Shown in pieces: positions 37,787 to 49,962 of a stretch of 64,000 bases of DNA (position 1 is its first letter; each line of letters starts with the position of its first letter). The stretch spans positions 62,001-126,000 of the forward strand of contig OZ287698.1 of the NCBI GenBank assembly GCA_965649825.1. The letters run 5' to 3'. Under the pieces are notes generated by a model. That model saw nothing but the letters and a program-made list of their open reading frames with translations, was not told the origin of the DNA and did not search any database. Origin of the DNA: Penicillus capitatus (taxonomy: Eukaryota > Plantae > Chlorophyta). A program made the translations under genes and the position numbers.

Positions 37787-40753
37787 ATGGTTGGTTTGTG
37801 TGTGCGTTGTGGAAACAGGATCCAGCTGTTTGGTCGTTGTGGTTCTGCGTCATTCGCTCTGCCATTTCGTTATCGCGTTTCGGGACGAGAGGCGGCGACG
37901 AAAGTGTCATTGCAGCAACAGAAGCGAGAATACATTGAGAAACACGAAAAAGTGCGAAGAAAGAAAGAAAACAAAGACGCGCCGGTGATTCCGGTTCAGG
38001 ACATCGCTATTTCTTGTGGTATGTTGTGCCTTGCCGAGGGAGTGTGAGTCATAGAAGTGTAACTTGTGTGACCACCAGGTTCTGGCTTTGAGTCGTGCCT
38101 TGCTGTCTTTAGTATCAGGGAATCTCCTGCAACGTTGATATCACTCGTGCTATCATTCATTGTCCTCACACCGCCAGCGCCACCGAAAGGCGATCTTCAC
38201 GAGAAGCCCAGTTCGGAAAACAAAGAGGACATGGAGGCTGTTCTGCATAGCAGTGCTGCAAACGCAACAGATCCAAAAACAAAAGACTTCAATCACACTT
38301 GCAAGGAAAACTCAATGGGTCGATCTGCTGCCTCTGTGTCTGCATGGTGATGCGACGTGCGAGTGCTCACTGTAGGGAAAGTGAATGTCAATAGGGGAAA
38401 GAAGCCGAAGAAGAAGACCAAGAAAGTGATCAAGAACGGTCCAGGGGGTGGCGGCGGCAGTTACGACCGGATAGGTTCCATTCCACACAGTCACGACTAT
38501 ACAGCTGTCCCGTCGAATCGAATGCCATCGAATCGTGCGGTTTCCGAGAGTCTACCCGAGCAGAGTCATCAAATGAATGTTGTCGACAAGATCTTGCAGA
38601 GCATTACTATGAGAGGCGTGTCAGGCTCTGCGACCACTGCTGTAGATGTCTTCGAGAAGCAATCCGTGGATTCCCCACGTCTGCCAGATGGAGAGACATC
38701 TCGCGACTTGTCGAGCCCAGAGCATGGCGGACATCTGTCTCCCACGAGGACGGAGTCTGAAAGTGGGGGCCCACCGGATCGAGACACTCGGAGAACGGGA
38801 GATGATATGAAGAAGCAGAAGGATCTGACTTTTGCTTTCAATGACTTTGAAGTGGAAGACGTCTACATTCGACGCAATAGATCTGTGGGCTCTTTAGTGC
38901 GATCGGGCTCTGGCGTACTGCCTGCCTCATCTGGTGCGGATGCAATGGCGGCAACACCTTCTGCTGCTCCGCCATCGATGCAGACAACAGAGCACTTGAC
39001 GCCAAACAAGCCAGCTGAAAAGCAGGGATGGAGGTGTGCACCCCGTATACCGTCTTCCCCAGCCACATCCCCGCATCGACTCAATTTTCGATCAGCTAGT
39101 GGACTCTTGCAATCGAATGGAGATGGCAGGAACGCGGTCGAAGACACAAGTGCTGTCATGCCACCAACCAATGGACAGACACGTTTCGCAAGCGCCATCT
39201 ATCCAAGTGCAACTGCAGGTGATCTGGTGGAGCATCACCCGCCAGGCAGTGATATTGAGCAAGGGCATCAACAACGTGCTGCATTCCAAGCTTTGTTGCA
39301 AATGGGACCAACGCATCAGCCAATGACAAATCTGACGCATCAAATGGCTGCACATGCTGTCCATCAGACAAACATGGGCAGTCTACAGATGCCTGTGGTG
39401 GGCCATCCACCACCAGCTATGCCCCATCTCTTTGCTATGACACCACCTCAACAGGTGCTACAAGGGCACCATCTCGCTCTTGGCAGTGTTCCAAGTCTGG
39501 CGTCGCTATATGGGTTACATTTGGGAGCTCTGTTGTCGCAAGATGCTCAATTGAGAGGCGTCGCACCAGATCCGATGCGCAGAGAGGAATTCAGAAAGCA
39601 TAAAGATGATATCCATGAGAATACCGCATGCTTCTATATGAAACCGACAAATGACTTGGATAGATTTCTAACAGAGGTCACCCCTATGCTGCAACTGGAT
39701 CCGACCCTCGAACCACAGAAGGCTCTCGATCAACTCGCACTGGTGCGTCCGTTCCATGCATCCGTCCCTAAGAGTGACGGACGATATCACACTTTTGTGC
39801 TGCAGGAAGATGTGTGGAAGTTCTACTATGATTGTAGTATGCTAGGAAAAGAGATTCCATTGCATGGCAGCGCCGCTGGAAAAGAGAATCACTGTGGACC
39901 CTGTACAGCACACTATCTCCCTTATCTGTCTGGGATCCAGATCTTCACTCCCGAAGATATTCCACACGTCAGGGACAATATCTTCTTGTGTGACGTGGAT
40001 GGTTGGCCATCCTTCATGCGCATGCAATACGAACAAGTCATCCACAGCATCTCTGTTTGTGTCCCCTGGCTGACAATGTGGTTTCCAGTTTGAAGTGAAT
40101 CCGCCTTGGTTCCGTCTGCCACTCTATGACATGATGGATGAACTGTCGACACACGTTCCGGAACTGAAAGAGCTCAAGCTCAAAGATCTGCATCCAGCAT
40201 CGTGGTTCTGTGTTGCCTGGTAAGAGACAACTGTTGACAGGATGCCTGCATATGGATGCCTCTTCTGTTTTGTTAGGTACCCTCTATACAGAATACCTGA
40301 TGCGCCGCTGGGAACGCGTTTTCTCACATTTCACAATTTTCATCCGATGCTGCATTCGGCCACTGCAGTCGGGCAGGGTGGAAAGGTTCCTTTGGCAGTC
40401 TATGGACTGGAATGGTATAACATGCTGGATGAGCTGTGGTTAGACAACATTAAAGTAGCCAAGACGATTCGATCACCCTCACCCTCTAAACCTAATGACA
40501 ATGGACGATATGAAGGTGGTCACTCTTTTCCTCTCACACATCGTGCATCCATGAGCTGTCGAGTGTCATAGGTGTGAGTGGGGCCGAAGTATATTCCCCA
40601 GAACAGCAGCACTGGATGTTGCGTATTAAGGAGCTGCGTCAAACAGCCAAGACCTTTGCACGTGGGCTGACTTTCAGGCGATCGACGCCACATGGAATTG
40701 CAGATGCAAATACACATCATCATGATTTCGAATATTTCTATGAAAGAAACTGA
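37787..40753 (+). CDS. DUF789 family protein with long low-complexity N-terminus
   Basis: NDLDRFLTEVTP, DVWKFY, YLPYLSGIQIF, DLHPASWFCVAW|YPLYRIP, FLTFH, C-terminal HHDFEYF. Start uncertain. Confidence 0.88.
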
Positions 40754-41455
40754 CGACCTTCATTCAAGTAGTTTGCTGCTTAGGAGGACGACGACCACCA
40801 CTTCCACCACCACCATTGCTCTGCCACCACCGCTACCACCATAGATTCTCCTTCTATCTCTCTCTGCTGTCGATCCTGTTCGTGCGAAACTGAAAAAATC
40901 AATAAAAACACGCCTATCACTTTGGACAGATATATAAAAAATAGATGCTGCATTCTCGTTTTATTCGATTTTTATAGCGAAGGTGAGAAAGCTTGTGCAG
41001 TCAGTCCCTTGTCTAGCTAATGCACGATGATCGTTTGTTTGTTCGTTTGTTTGTCCACCGAAGGATGTGTATGGGGAATGTACAACTACCACAAGAGACA
41101 CAGATCTGATGTGATGGATGTGCATCTTTGCTTGTTTGATGGTTTCGTGTAGACACTCCTACTGCTTTTGATTCATTCAGACTAAAGTGGCGTTCTCTGA
41201 TTATCGAATGAAAAGAGAAAATCTGTACTTGGATACTATTTAAACAAGAAAAACAAACAAAATGAAAAAACGGCGATGAGCAACGACGGAGACAATAAAA
41301 TGCTTTACAAGCATGCTTGTATGCACGCACAAACATACAAGATCAATGATGTCCTCTTGCTTATTGCTGAGTGTTTGGCTCATCAGTCATCGACGTGGCG
41401 AATCGCCGCCAGGCAGCCGATGCTGGTGTATTGCAAATGAGCGGGTGGATAGGTG

Positions 41456-41934
41456 TTATTGACTGAGCATTGGAGTCGCTGCGGCGGCGCTCAGTTCTAA
41501 CGGAAGCGGCGCAAGTGGCCTCTGACAAGGGAGCGTCTTCATAATATCTTCGAGGGCCACGATATCAAAACTCGGACTTGGCTGGTGAAACGACGTTGAC
41601 TCTGTGTTTTGTGCCGTCGTCTCCATGGTCTCTCAACAAATTCCTTGATAATAGGGGCCGTTGACGCTGCTTCTTTGTGCAGAATTGACAAACGTTCTTT
41701 TGAACTCTTTGACAAAAAATCCGCGTCGGTGGTGTTCACGAAGCACCTTTGTTGCGATAAAATAGCTTTTTTTTGATAGAACCACGTGGTCAAGCCGGTT
41801 AAATACACGTCGCATAGTTTCGGTGCGCGTACCGGCAGTGAAGCTAGTTTTTCCTTGTCGTCGAAGTACGGTGAATCGAGAAGCGCCGACGGAGGACGTC
41901 GCGGAAATCGGCTTGCCTCAACCTTAGCTTCCAT
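41456..41934 (-). CDS. Small hypothetical protein
   Basis: ORF MEAKVEASRFPRRPPSALLDSPYFDDKEK...KEFVERPW with plausible GT-AG introns; no family recognised. Confidence 0.45.
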
Positions 41935-41948
41935 AACGAAGGCATCCA

Positions 41949-43527
41949 ATGGCGCGTGAAGTTATTGAAGTGACCCCTCTGGTGACCAAACAGACACCAT
42001 CCGCGCATCCACACCACAATCTCCTATACCAAACTCTCAAAGTTCTCGGACTCGTACTTCTCTGGTCTTCTGCATCTCCTGTCTTTGCTACGGTATGTCT
42101 GATGTCGATGATGTGACACATTAGGTATTTTTTCAGCACCCTCCTCAGTCTACTGAATCGACATTTGATCGGTCGCGAGGGCATCGAAGGGAGAGGAAAA
42201 TTCCCTGCCCCTCTGCTCATGACTGGAATCCAGTTCTTTATTCAGTTCATCATGTCGCACCTCTTTCTCGATCTGGGCCTCGTCGAGAGGCTCGAGAAGC
42301 ACGAGGACATACTCACATGGCCACAGTACTTTAAGACAGGTATATGAAATGGGCGGAGTTCGATCGGACCGAGTCGCTAACGTCTGTGGAGGTGCGAATG
42401 TGTAGTGGTTCCAAATGCCGTCTCGACGGGACTGGATATCGGATTCTCCAATCTATCGCTCCGCACCATCAGTCTCAGCTTCTACACCATGTGCAAATCG
42501 ACGACGCCCATGTTTCTTCTGTTGTTTGCCTTCGTCTGGAAACTCGAAAAGCAAGCAATGGACAGAGGGGGCACACTCTTGGTACGAGAGAGATGTGGTG
42601 CTCAGGCCAAGTTGTAGTCTGTTTGGCATTATGTTTGTCATTTCATGTGGTATTCTTTTGCTTGTGTACGGAGAGACGAAATTTAGCTTCACTGGGTTCA
42701 CCCTCGTGATGACGGCTTCCTGTTTGGCCGGTCTCAGATGGACACTCACCCAACTCTTGCTGCAAGGACACCGAACATCGAAGCAAGGTTTGGTTCATCC
42801 GTCTTGACGAGACGGATGATGTGACAGCTCGTGCTCAGGTGCAGGCGGCCCATCAAATAGTGGACCCTTAGAACTGCTTGAAAAACTGACGCCAAGTATG
42901 TCACCACACGAGTGGCCTTCGCAATGGTGATGACATCACTGTTGCCTCCAGTCATGTCCGTTGTGGTGTTGCTGGTCTCCCTCTGTGTTGAGAGATGGCA
43001 TCAGCTTCCCCAATCCCTCTACTTCAATGACGTCGAGCGATCACTCCTGACCCTAGGGATGATCTCCGCCCTCGGAGTGATCGCCTTTCTCATGGTAACC
43101 ACCCCATCCATAGAGAAGCACGCGGCAGAGCGATCTGTGCGTTGCAGGTGTGGACAGAATTTAAAGTGATTAAAGAGACTTCTGCTCTGACATTCATGGT
43201 AGCCGGAACGTGCAAGGAAATCGTCACAGGTATACCCACGTCCCAACCCATCGCCATTTTCCATGCATACATCTCCGCTGCCCTTCAGTTTTGGCGGCTA
43301 TTGTCTTCTTCCACGAAGCTTTTGGGCCAATAAATGCGCTCGGATTAATCGTGTTGATTTTGGGAGTGAGCCTATTCAATGTGCACAAGTACAACAAGAT
43401 GCAGAAACACCAGAAACCACACCGCCATGAAGATACTCAGCTGGAAATGGATTCTTCACAGACCATGAGGGATCAAGAATTGACACAGCTCCCAACCGAG
43501 TCGTCCATTGTAGCCAGACGTGTGTAA
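41949..43527 (+). CDS. Triose-phosphate/nucleotide-sugar transporter family (SLC35C2-like)
   Basis: LVLLW|YFFS, KFPAPLLMT, VPNAVSTGLDIGFSNLSL..FYTMCKSTTP, GLRWTLTQLLLQ, EFKVIKETSALT..VAGTCKE; multiple TM segments. Confidence 0.93.
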
Positions 43528-44180
43528 TAAATACATCACCAGCTGTCATCGCATTGATTGACGTGACATGACGTGACGCGAGCTTCTTATTTGTTTTGGC
43601 GGATGCCGCGTTACTGAACTTGCTACGCACGTCAACTAACTGCCATGCAGAACGCGCTCGCGGATTTTGCCGTCGGCGCCTTGGCCCCTGGAGTGAATGT
43701 ACAGCCGCGCCTTTTGCAACAGTCATGTGCGGAAAGGCGCCATCTGTGTCCCCATAGAAACCTACCCTAGCCATTCTCAACGTAACATGCTTCGCTTGCG
43801 TGGCATGTCTTGTCGCATGGCTGGTCGTCAGCTGGCATACCGCACCCTTCCTCGTACCACACGTTGGATTCCTGCTCCTCCTCGCGCTTGGCCTGTGGTT
43901 CCTGATCAATTGGTAGAGACGGCGTCTTATACAGACCGTCTATGGATAGTGGTATCCGTAGGTTCGTCGCCAACGTGGGACTGGTGGACGTTGAGCGACA
44001 GAAGCGCGATCTGGGTCTTGCCTTGGAGAAGACCACCAAATGTGGTTAGCAGTCCATCCTGCGTAAAAGAGCTCATCTAGTGAGGATTTCTGTACCGGAT
44101 CATCTATATCGAGGTCGGAACTTTGAAGGATTGGCGACGCTGGGAGGCACACGTCGGATGACATGGTGGATTTAAGCATG
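43376..44180 (-). CDS. Possible hypothetical gene, unassigned
   Basis: Overlapping minus-strand ORFs (43940-44179, 43767-44039, 43376-43909) with no recognisable motif. Confidence 0.2.
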
Positions 44181-45372
44181 ACCTCTTGTTAGACGCGCCA
44201 TGATCGTCCGCCGTGTATTGTGCAGTCGTTGATAGTCTTTTCGTTCTCTTTCTCCGTCTGAAACGCGTCGACCACTAGATTCTCACCATGTCCACGATTA
44301 TGACTTCCTCCTCTGCTTCAGTGAACGCAACGGTGGGGTCGATGCTGACCGAGCGTCGCACAAGAGTCAATTCGTTGTGCCTCGTAGACGCGAATTCGGA
44401 GATTCTTCTGGCCCCGTGCGAGTCCGTCACCACAGGATGTCAGCGAAGACGTTGATGACACGGCATCCACGACAACGACAGAGAGCAATGTCGTCAAATC
44501 GACAACTTACGACCGTTTGTTAAGTATGCTTGACCGTCTCGCAGCGGCACGGGTATGCATCGACGCATGACAGGCGGCGAGATGGGATGGTCTGCCGAGA
44601 CGTCTTACGTCGAAACGGTTCTCAGTGTTCAGTGTGAGACAGACATGGATCTTATTGCCTTGTTCAATGAAAGCTGAAGAATTCAGAGTCCCTCAATTTT
44701 ATTCCGAGTGGGTATTGTTTCTCGAGTAGATAGACTCTGGTGGGATAAAGGAGATACGATTGGTTTATTTTTCCTCTGCGGTCGGTCTATTTCAGATGTA
44801 CTTTGCGCTCAACATCATAAGTCTCGTTCCTGGATATGGAACCCGTCCGTCCTCCAGTTGTGTCTGTCGAAATTCAGAAGCTGTGTTTGACCAGGACTCT
44901 TCTTGGATATCTATCTGTCTGACCGTGGTGAATGTATGTATGTCCGTACGTATGTGGATTTTTTATTCCAGGCAACTTTCACAAATGCGTGTCTCCAATT
45001 GTCTGTACAAATGATGGTACAGTCATTCACGATAAACGTCATGGAGCCAATCTGACGCATAGAACTCGCCATATGTCCTTGCCATGAATTATTCCCATTT
45101 CGTGATCATAGACTTATCTATTGACTGCTGGCAGGCTGGTTTAGTCCATCTATGAGGCGGTAGTTCTATGCAACTAAATCAACAACAGGTCTGCAAGTTA
45201 CTTCGTTGCTCGATGGTCCAAGAACGAGATTAATTAGTGGCTGACAATGTGTCATTTTTCCCTTTCCCTTTAGTAAAGACGAAATTGCTGGCTGTAGATG
45301 TGACAGGTAGTGGTGATGCGTCGCATCATTTTATCTCCCAACTTCGAACGAACCGACGGACGAGCACATTTC

Positions 45373-46915
45373 ATGAAGCTGAAAGGAAGAAGCTTCAGAC
45401 GCGGCCAAGAGGGCCACGCCACCCTCATCCCCGAACACGGTATGCGCAAAGGGCCGTAGCAGTTAGAGGTATAGGCGCATCACAGGCGAAGATTTGTGGC
45501 ACGTGTACAATCTCGTCCGCGAAGGCGATGAAATCGCAAGCATGACACAAAGAAAGGTGACACGGGCAGGCGCCAAGAGTGGCGAATCTGAAACCATTCG
45601 GCTCAAACTAAACATCAAAGTGGAAGGTATCGATTTCGATGTGGAAGGAGAGGAGATTCGACTCAAGGGTCGCAATCTCACCGAAACCGAACACGTTCGG
45701 CTCGGTGCCTATCACACACTCGTCCTTCAGCCAAACAAGTAGAGACGGCGTATGTCTATGCCTGGAGACACGTGTCGTGGCACTGCAGGGCATTCACGCT
45801 GAACAAAACGATGTGGGATTCGATCGATGCGGATCGTGTCCATCAGTCGTGCGACGTTGCAGCAACGGCAGATTTGGCCGTCCTGTTGATCACGGTGCGT
45901 CTCCTGAGGACCAGTGCCGGGGTGAGCTGTCGCGACAGGATGGCCTTGGCCAGTTGTTTCTGATCGGAAGCCACGCGACGCTTTCCAAAGGCACAATCGA
46001 ACAGAGTCTCCCACGAAAGCGCGGAGCTGCAGCAATGGGATATGAGAAAGCATGGGAGTCCTTCATGAACAAGGTATCCGTTTCCATCCCTACTGAAGAT
46101 GCCACCGCGTGTACGCAGATGTACATGTGTGTCGAAAAGAATGTGGATTTCGGCGTCATTCGGTGTTTGGTCATCGCCGGGCCTGGATTTGCCAAAGATG
46201 CCTTTAAGCAGTACCTGAACGAGGAAGCCGTTCGACGCAGCCATAAGCATCTCGCAGATCACAGAGATAAAGTACTGACGGCGGCTGCCTCGACAGCCTA
46301 CAAGCATGGACTCAAAGTGAGGTACGAGAAGCGCTGCTCTTCGCAGAGGACCAACTCATAGGAAGTTCTCTCCGATGCCTCGATCGCCAGTCAGATTCAG
46401 AATACCAAAGCTATGAAAGAAGTCAAGGCCCTGAACGATTTTCACAAGATGCTTGCCCACGATAGCGGCCGAGCCTTCTACGGACCTGGCAAGCACCACC
46501 CACCCTTTGCGATGTGTTCGATCGATGGGCTATCTTCAGGTCATGTACTGGAGGCGGCAAAGGTCGGAGCCATCGATTCGCTTCTCATTTCGGACACTCT
46601 TTTCCGCAGCAGTCACCTCAAGAAACGCACCAGGTCGGTCGCATATGTCTAACCGCGGCAGTCTCAATGGCCACGTAGGTTTGTGCAACTCGTGGATGAG
46701 GTACAAGCGTCAGGGGGGAATGCTTTCATCTTTTCCACCGCACATGTCTCAGGCACAGACCCTTGCTTTACTGCCCCACAATGTGAGGACATACCTCTGT
46801 ATCGCATTTAGGCGAGCAGCTCAATCAGCTCAGTGGAATCGCCGCCATTCTGCGTTATCCTCTACCCGAGATCGAAGAGATGGAATTCGACGATGAAGAG
46901 GCACTGTTTGGATAA
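45373..46915 (+). CDS. PELO: Pelota/Dom34 ribosome rescue factor
   Basis: LIPEH|GEDLWHVYNLV, RLKGRN..EHVRLGAYHTL, VIAGPGFAKD, RAFYGP|GHV, LISDTLFRS, HVS|GEQLNQLSGIAAILRYP. Confidence 0.96.
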
Positions 46916-46965
46916 GTCTGTCTGTCCGTCTCCTGTCATCTCGTCTGTTCGTACATTGTCAGATC

Positions 46966-48362
46966 ATGCGCGTTCGCGTTCTGCGTTTGACGCCCAGCCT
47001 AAAACGATACGTGCATTCGCAGATCGGTCCCGCGAGCGAGAGAAGGACGATTTCGGACGCCTCCCTCGTCAAGAGTGCGATTTCTATGACGACCACCTGT
47101 CGGAGCGGCGGCTGTGTGATACAGGCACCGTCGTGCGACTGCCAAAAACGGCACGACTGAACTCCTGTCGACGGGGTCACATCACGTGGAACGAAGGAAA
47201 GCCAAAGAATGCCCTGCTGGTTAAAAAACGACAGAACCTTGAGGCCAGCAGTGCCCTGAGACGCATCGGCGAATGGCTGCAGCATCGCGACATTCATGTT
47301 CTGGTCGAGAAGACGGTGAAAGAACACGAGTTCCCCGACTTTCAGGCAACTTCTTCGCAGCTTCCCCTCTCAACGCATCGTCCTTCAGGCATTTGACCCA
47401 GATACGTCGGATGTCGATCTCTGTGTGACACTCGGCGGTGATGGGACTGTTTTGCATCTGGCGTCCCTGTTTGAAGAGGATTTGCCTCTGCCGCCTGTCA
47501 TGAGCTTTGCTATGGGGACACTGGGATTCCTGACCCCCTTTGATGTGACGCATTTTGAGCACCACTTCAATCGCGTCCTACAAGATTTTGACACCGATGT
47601 CGAGTGCACACTCAGATCGCGAAAGAGATGCGAAGTCATCACCGCAAGCGGCAAGACGGGAACGGTAGGCACATCCAAACTCCTTCTCCAGCCGCCATTT
47701 CTGCGCTTATGTACTAGACGCATCATGTGCTTAACGAATGTATCATCGATCGAGGTGCTTCGCAGAGGTAAGGTTGGATGGATGCCTTTCGCAGAGACTG
47801 AGATGGAGTGGTGTCGTGTGTGATGGCAGTACCATCACCGTCGAGATTTTTGTGGACGATGCATACGTCGCGAGCGTATGTGCCGATGGCTTGATCGTTG
47901 CGACACCCTCTGGATCAACGGCCTATTCCATGACGGCTGGTGGTCCAATGGTGGCACCATCTGTACCGTGCGCCATCATCACTCCCGTCGCCCCTCTTTC
48001 ACTATCTTTCCGGCCGTTGGTCATTCCCGAAACGTCGGAAGTGGTGCTGCACGTTTCGTCCGAATCCAAATCCATCGCCCGAGCCAGCTTTGATGGCAGA
48101 AGACAAGCACGGTCAGCATTTTCTGACGCTCTGTTCACCACGCCAACCATTTCTGTGCGCCGCCAGTCTTCCGAGACAGAGTTCCATTCGTTTGACATCT
48201 TCGACGTATCCGCTTCCTCTGATTAACATCGGGAAGTATGATGCCGACTGGTATGAGGGTATCACGCAGAAGCTCAAGTGGAATCAGTCGATCGGGGAGC
48301 CGCCAAAACTCTCACAGAATCATTATATCGTGAACTCTGCATTAAGAAAGAAATCTCGCTGA
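46966..48362 (+). CDS. NADK: NAD(H) kinase
   Basis: VTLGGDGTVL, FAMGTLGFLTPF, LNECIIDRG, ADGLIVATPSGSTAYSMTAGGPMV, SFRPLVIP, FDG. Confidence 0.94.
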
Positions 48363-48380
48363 TCCAAGGGAACGGGTGCT

Positions 48381-49853
48381 TTATTCATTGGGTCCCTCCT
48401 CGTGCTTCGAGAAGGGCTCCGTCTGTTGCTGGAGATGGTTAAGAGTGTGCTTCACAGCCGCCAGAGCATCCGCCTACAACGTAGCGTTTGTATTTGCCGT
48501 GTACAGAATTTCCAGTCTGGGAAGACTTGAGTGTGTAATGCGATGGCTTCTTTCATTTCACGCATACGTTTGATCGAATCCATCACCTAGAAAACACACA
48601 TCTGCAAACATCACGTATCCCCTGTAGCCAACGGACCTGCATCAGCTGTCGGTACATATGCATAATGCCCTTGGCAAGGGGACCAATACCCTCCAACGGC
48701 TTTGGCTCCTTCTTAACACACTACAGAAGAGCAGACGTGTTTATGCTACCACACATACCATGCTTACCGCTGGAAATTTTAATACAAATTTCTGCACTTC
48801 GTCGTTGAACTGCTGAAACGTCTGGCGCAGTAGTTGCAAAGCATCCTCGTGGACCTTCTCGTTCAAAGACTGCATCCACACAAGCCTGTCTGTCGTCTTT
48901 GCAGATTTCATTCTCGATGGAGACGCACCGAGGGACGCAGATGTGTCAGGACATCTTTGGCATTGGACGGAGACAATTCCAGCGCTTTGAATTCTGCCTT
49001 GAAGTGATCTCTGAGTGACAGCACCTCTTGGAATGCCAAATGCAAGTGCTCCTCCACATTCTCTCTGTCAACCGACGCCGTTGTCACATCGATGGGATAC
49101 GTTCCACAGACGCACTTAAACGACGCCGCTTCCTGTTTGATATTGGCTGGAAACAGATCCATATCGATCTTCAGAAGGTCCTTCAGTCTGGAACACCCTG
49201 CATCGAAGAGGGCCATGTTCGACATGAATCCATCCAAACCCGTCAGCGACACATCAACCATCTGCTCTGCTTTGTCCACACCCCCTGCAGCAAAGGGATG
49301 TCTGTTGTGCTGCTCTGCACGAGGGAGATCATGACATCACTGGCGCACCGGCATTGCTCTCTTCCATAATGTCGATGATTTCGAGGGTCGACTCAATGAA
49401 GACGTTGCACCGAGAACAAGTGCCCTGCAAGACGCGCCATGACATGAGAGGCGTGTACTTCTGTGCGACTCGGGAGAGAACCAGTATGTTCGCCATTGTC
49501 ACATTTGCCAGCCCCAGTTGCGAAAAGAGATGACAGAAACCTGCTGACAGGCGTACGTGAGCGAAGCAGATCTGTCTGCCTGCCAAGCATCTGCTGTACC
49601 CTTTGCCGTCGACGTCACTTCGTCATCGATGGACTGCTGAACCGAAGCGATCTCTGCCAGCGCCGTCTGTATCTGTCGCTCGTTTCCTTGACAGAGTCTG
49701 AGAAACTGTTGCCTTCTCTGAGCGATCTCGCTGCCCTCACTTGCGCACGAAGAAATGCAAAACGCGTTTTCTGTCCGACCACAATCGCAGATCCGAAGAC
49801 TGCAGCGACGCGATATCGAAACCAATGACCTCAAGCTGCCGCAAGAGCTGCAT
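48381..49853 (-). CDS. Augmin subunit 7 (AUG7/HAUS7)-like
   Basis: Spliced segments TLEIIDIMEES, DMDLFPANI and LEGIGPLAKGIMHMYRQLMQVMDSIKRMRE resemble plant AUG7 as I recall it (LRNIVDLVEAS, KLFPADV, LHGFGPAA..LLEAY..LL). Confidence 0.6.
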
Positions 49854-49962
49854 CGTAAACACGCGCGAGCGAACGGGCGACGGACGTCACATCACGTCAA
49901 TCGATCATCTAAACGGCATCTCTTCTTTAACTAGTATCTATCGATCGATTGGATATTTGGGA

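Noticed and set aside
23608-46915. Functional cluster of translation quality-control genes (ABCF, Pelota) or glutathione genes (GST, PCS)
   Set aside because: The genes are tens of kb apart among unrelated housekeeping genes; this is expected by chance in a compact genome.
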